Of a DNA stretch of 64,000 bases, positions 62,609 through 64,000 are shown one piece after another. The stretch's first letter is position 1. Every line of letters starts with the position of its first letter. This DNA comes from Somniosus microcephalus. Its lineage: Eukaryota. The notes below the pieces were generated by a model. The model did not search any database, was not told the origin of the DNA, and saw only the letters and a list, made by a program, of their open reading frames with translations. The stretch lies in NCBI GenBank assembly GCA_052327205.1, contig JBMRGM010000043.1:31310001-31374000 (forward strand), read 5' to 3'. The position numbers were made by a program, and so were the translations under genes.

Positions 62609-64000
62609 ATAGAAACATAGAAACATAGAAAATAGGAGCAGGAGTAGGCCATTCGGCCCTTCGAGCCTGCTCCGCCATTCAATGCGATCATGGCTGATCA
62701 TCCAAATTCAGTACCCTGTCCCTGCCTTTTCCCCATATCCCTTGATCCGTTTAGCCTCAAGAAATATATCCAACTCTTTCTTGAATATATTTAATGAACT
62801 GCCCTCCACCGCCCTCTATGGTAGAGAATTCCACAGGTTCACCACTCTCTGGGTGAAGAAATTCCTTCTCATTTCAGTCATAAATGGCTTACCCCTTATC
62901 CTTAGACTATGACCCCTGGTTCTGGACACCCCGGCCATCAGAAACATCCTTCCTGCATCTAGTCTGTCCAGGCCTGACAGAATTTTATAGGTTTCGATGA
63001 GATCTCCTCTCAACCTTCCAAACTCCAGTGAGTATACGCACAATCGACACAATCTCTCCTCATACGTCATTCCTGCCATCCCAGGTATCAGCCTGGTGAA
63101 TCTTCGCTGCACTCCCTCCAGGGCAAGAACATCCATCCTCAGGTAAGGTGAACAAAACTGCACACAATACTCAAGGTGTGGTCTCACCAAGGCCCTGTAC
63201 AACTGTAGCAAGACATCCTTGTTCCTGTACTCGAACCCTCTTGCTACGAAGGCCAACATACCATTTCCCTTCGTAACCGCCTGCTGCACCTGCATGCTTA
63301 CCTTCAGCGATTGGTGCACAAGGACACCCAGGTCTCTTTGCACTTCCCCTTCTCCCAATCTATTGCCATTCAAATAATAATCTGCCTTCCTGTTTTTGCC
63401 ACCAAAGTGGATAATCTCACATTTATCCACATTATAGTGCATTTGCCATGTTTCTGCCCAATCACCCAACCTGTCCAAATTGTACTGGAGTTTCCCGACA
63501 TCCTCCTCGCAGCTTACCCTCCCACCCAGCTTTGTGTCGTCTGCAAATTTGGAGATATTACATCCAATTCCCTCGTCCAGATCATTAATATATATTGTGA
63601 ACAGCTGGGGTCCTAGGACCGATCCTTGAGGTACCCCACTGGTCACTGCCTGCCACTCAGAAAACGACCCGTTTATTCCAACACTTGGCTTTCTGTCCGC
63701 CAACCAGTTCTCTATCCACGTCAATACCATGCCCCCAATCCCATGTGCCTTAATTGTGCACGCTAATCTCTTATGTGGGACCTTATCGAAAGCCTTCTGA
63801 AAGTCCAAATACACCACATCCACTCGTTCTCCCTTATCTATTTTACCAGTTACATCCTCAAAAATTTCCAGTACATTAGTCAAGCATGATTTACCTTTTG
63901 TAAATCCATGTTGACTTTGTCCGATCCTGTCGCTGCTTTCCAAGTGCTCTGCTATTACATCTTTATAATAGACTCTAGCATTTTCCCCACTATCGTTTTC
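62609..64000 (-). mobile_element. Young CR1 LINE, RT region largely intact, runs off the window
   Basis: 375 aa ORF with QHGF, DFQKAFDKVPH, GVPQGSVLGP, FADD; (tagaaaca)n reverse tail; absent at the homologous site near 34180. Confidence 0.95.

Overview
Eukaryotic, repeat-rich DNA, most likely from a cartilaginous fish (shark): it carries HE1/V-SINE-like and DeuSINE-like SINEs and abundant CR1-type LINEs. The window holds a head-to-tail + strand tandem array (unit about 28.4-29.4 kb) of intron-containing Ig-superfamily type I membrane receptor genes resembling the Fc receptor-like (FCRL) family. Exons were reconstructed by hand from AG/GT sites, phase compatibility and paralog comparison. Gene A (245-25933, leader exons upstream of the window) has 9 Ig exons, an uncharged TM exon and 6 cytoplasmic exons with ITIMs; it would be about 998 aa with a B-type leader. 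Gene B (30875-55334, complete, about 579 aa) has a 31+30 nt split leader, 4 intact Ig exons, one pseudo-exon, a TM exon and 7 cytoplasmic exons. Gene C shows only its leader exons (59293-62080). The paralogs differ by exon-cassette duplication, exon deletion, loop-focused hypervariability and gain or loss of ITIM tyrosines. Most other ORFs in the track are CR1/LINE fragments or spurious.
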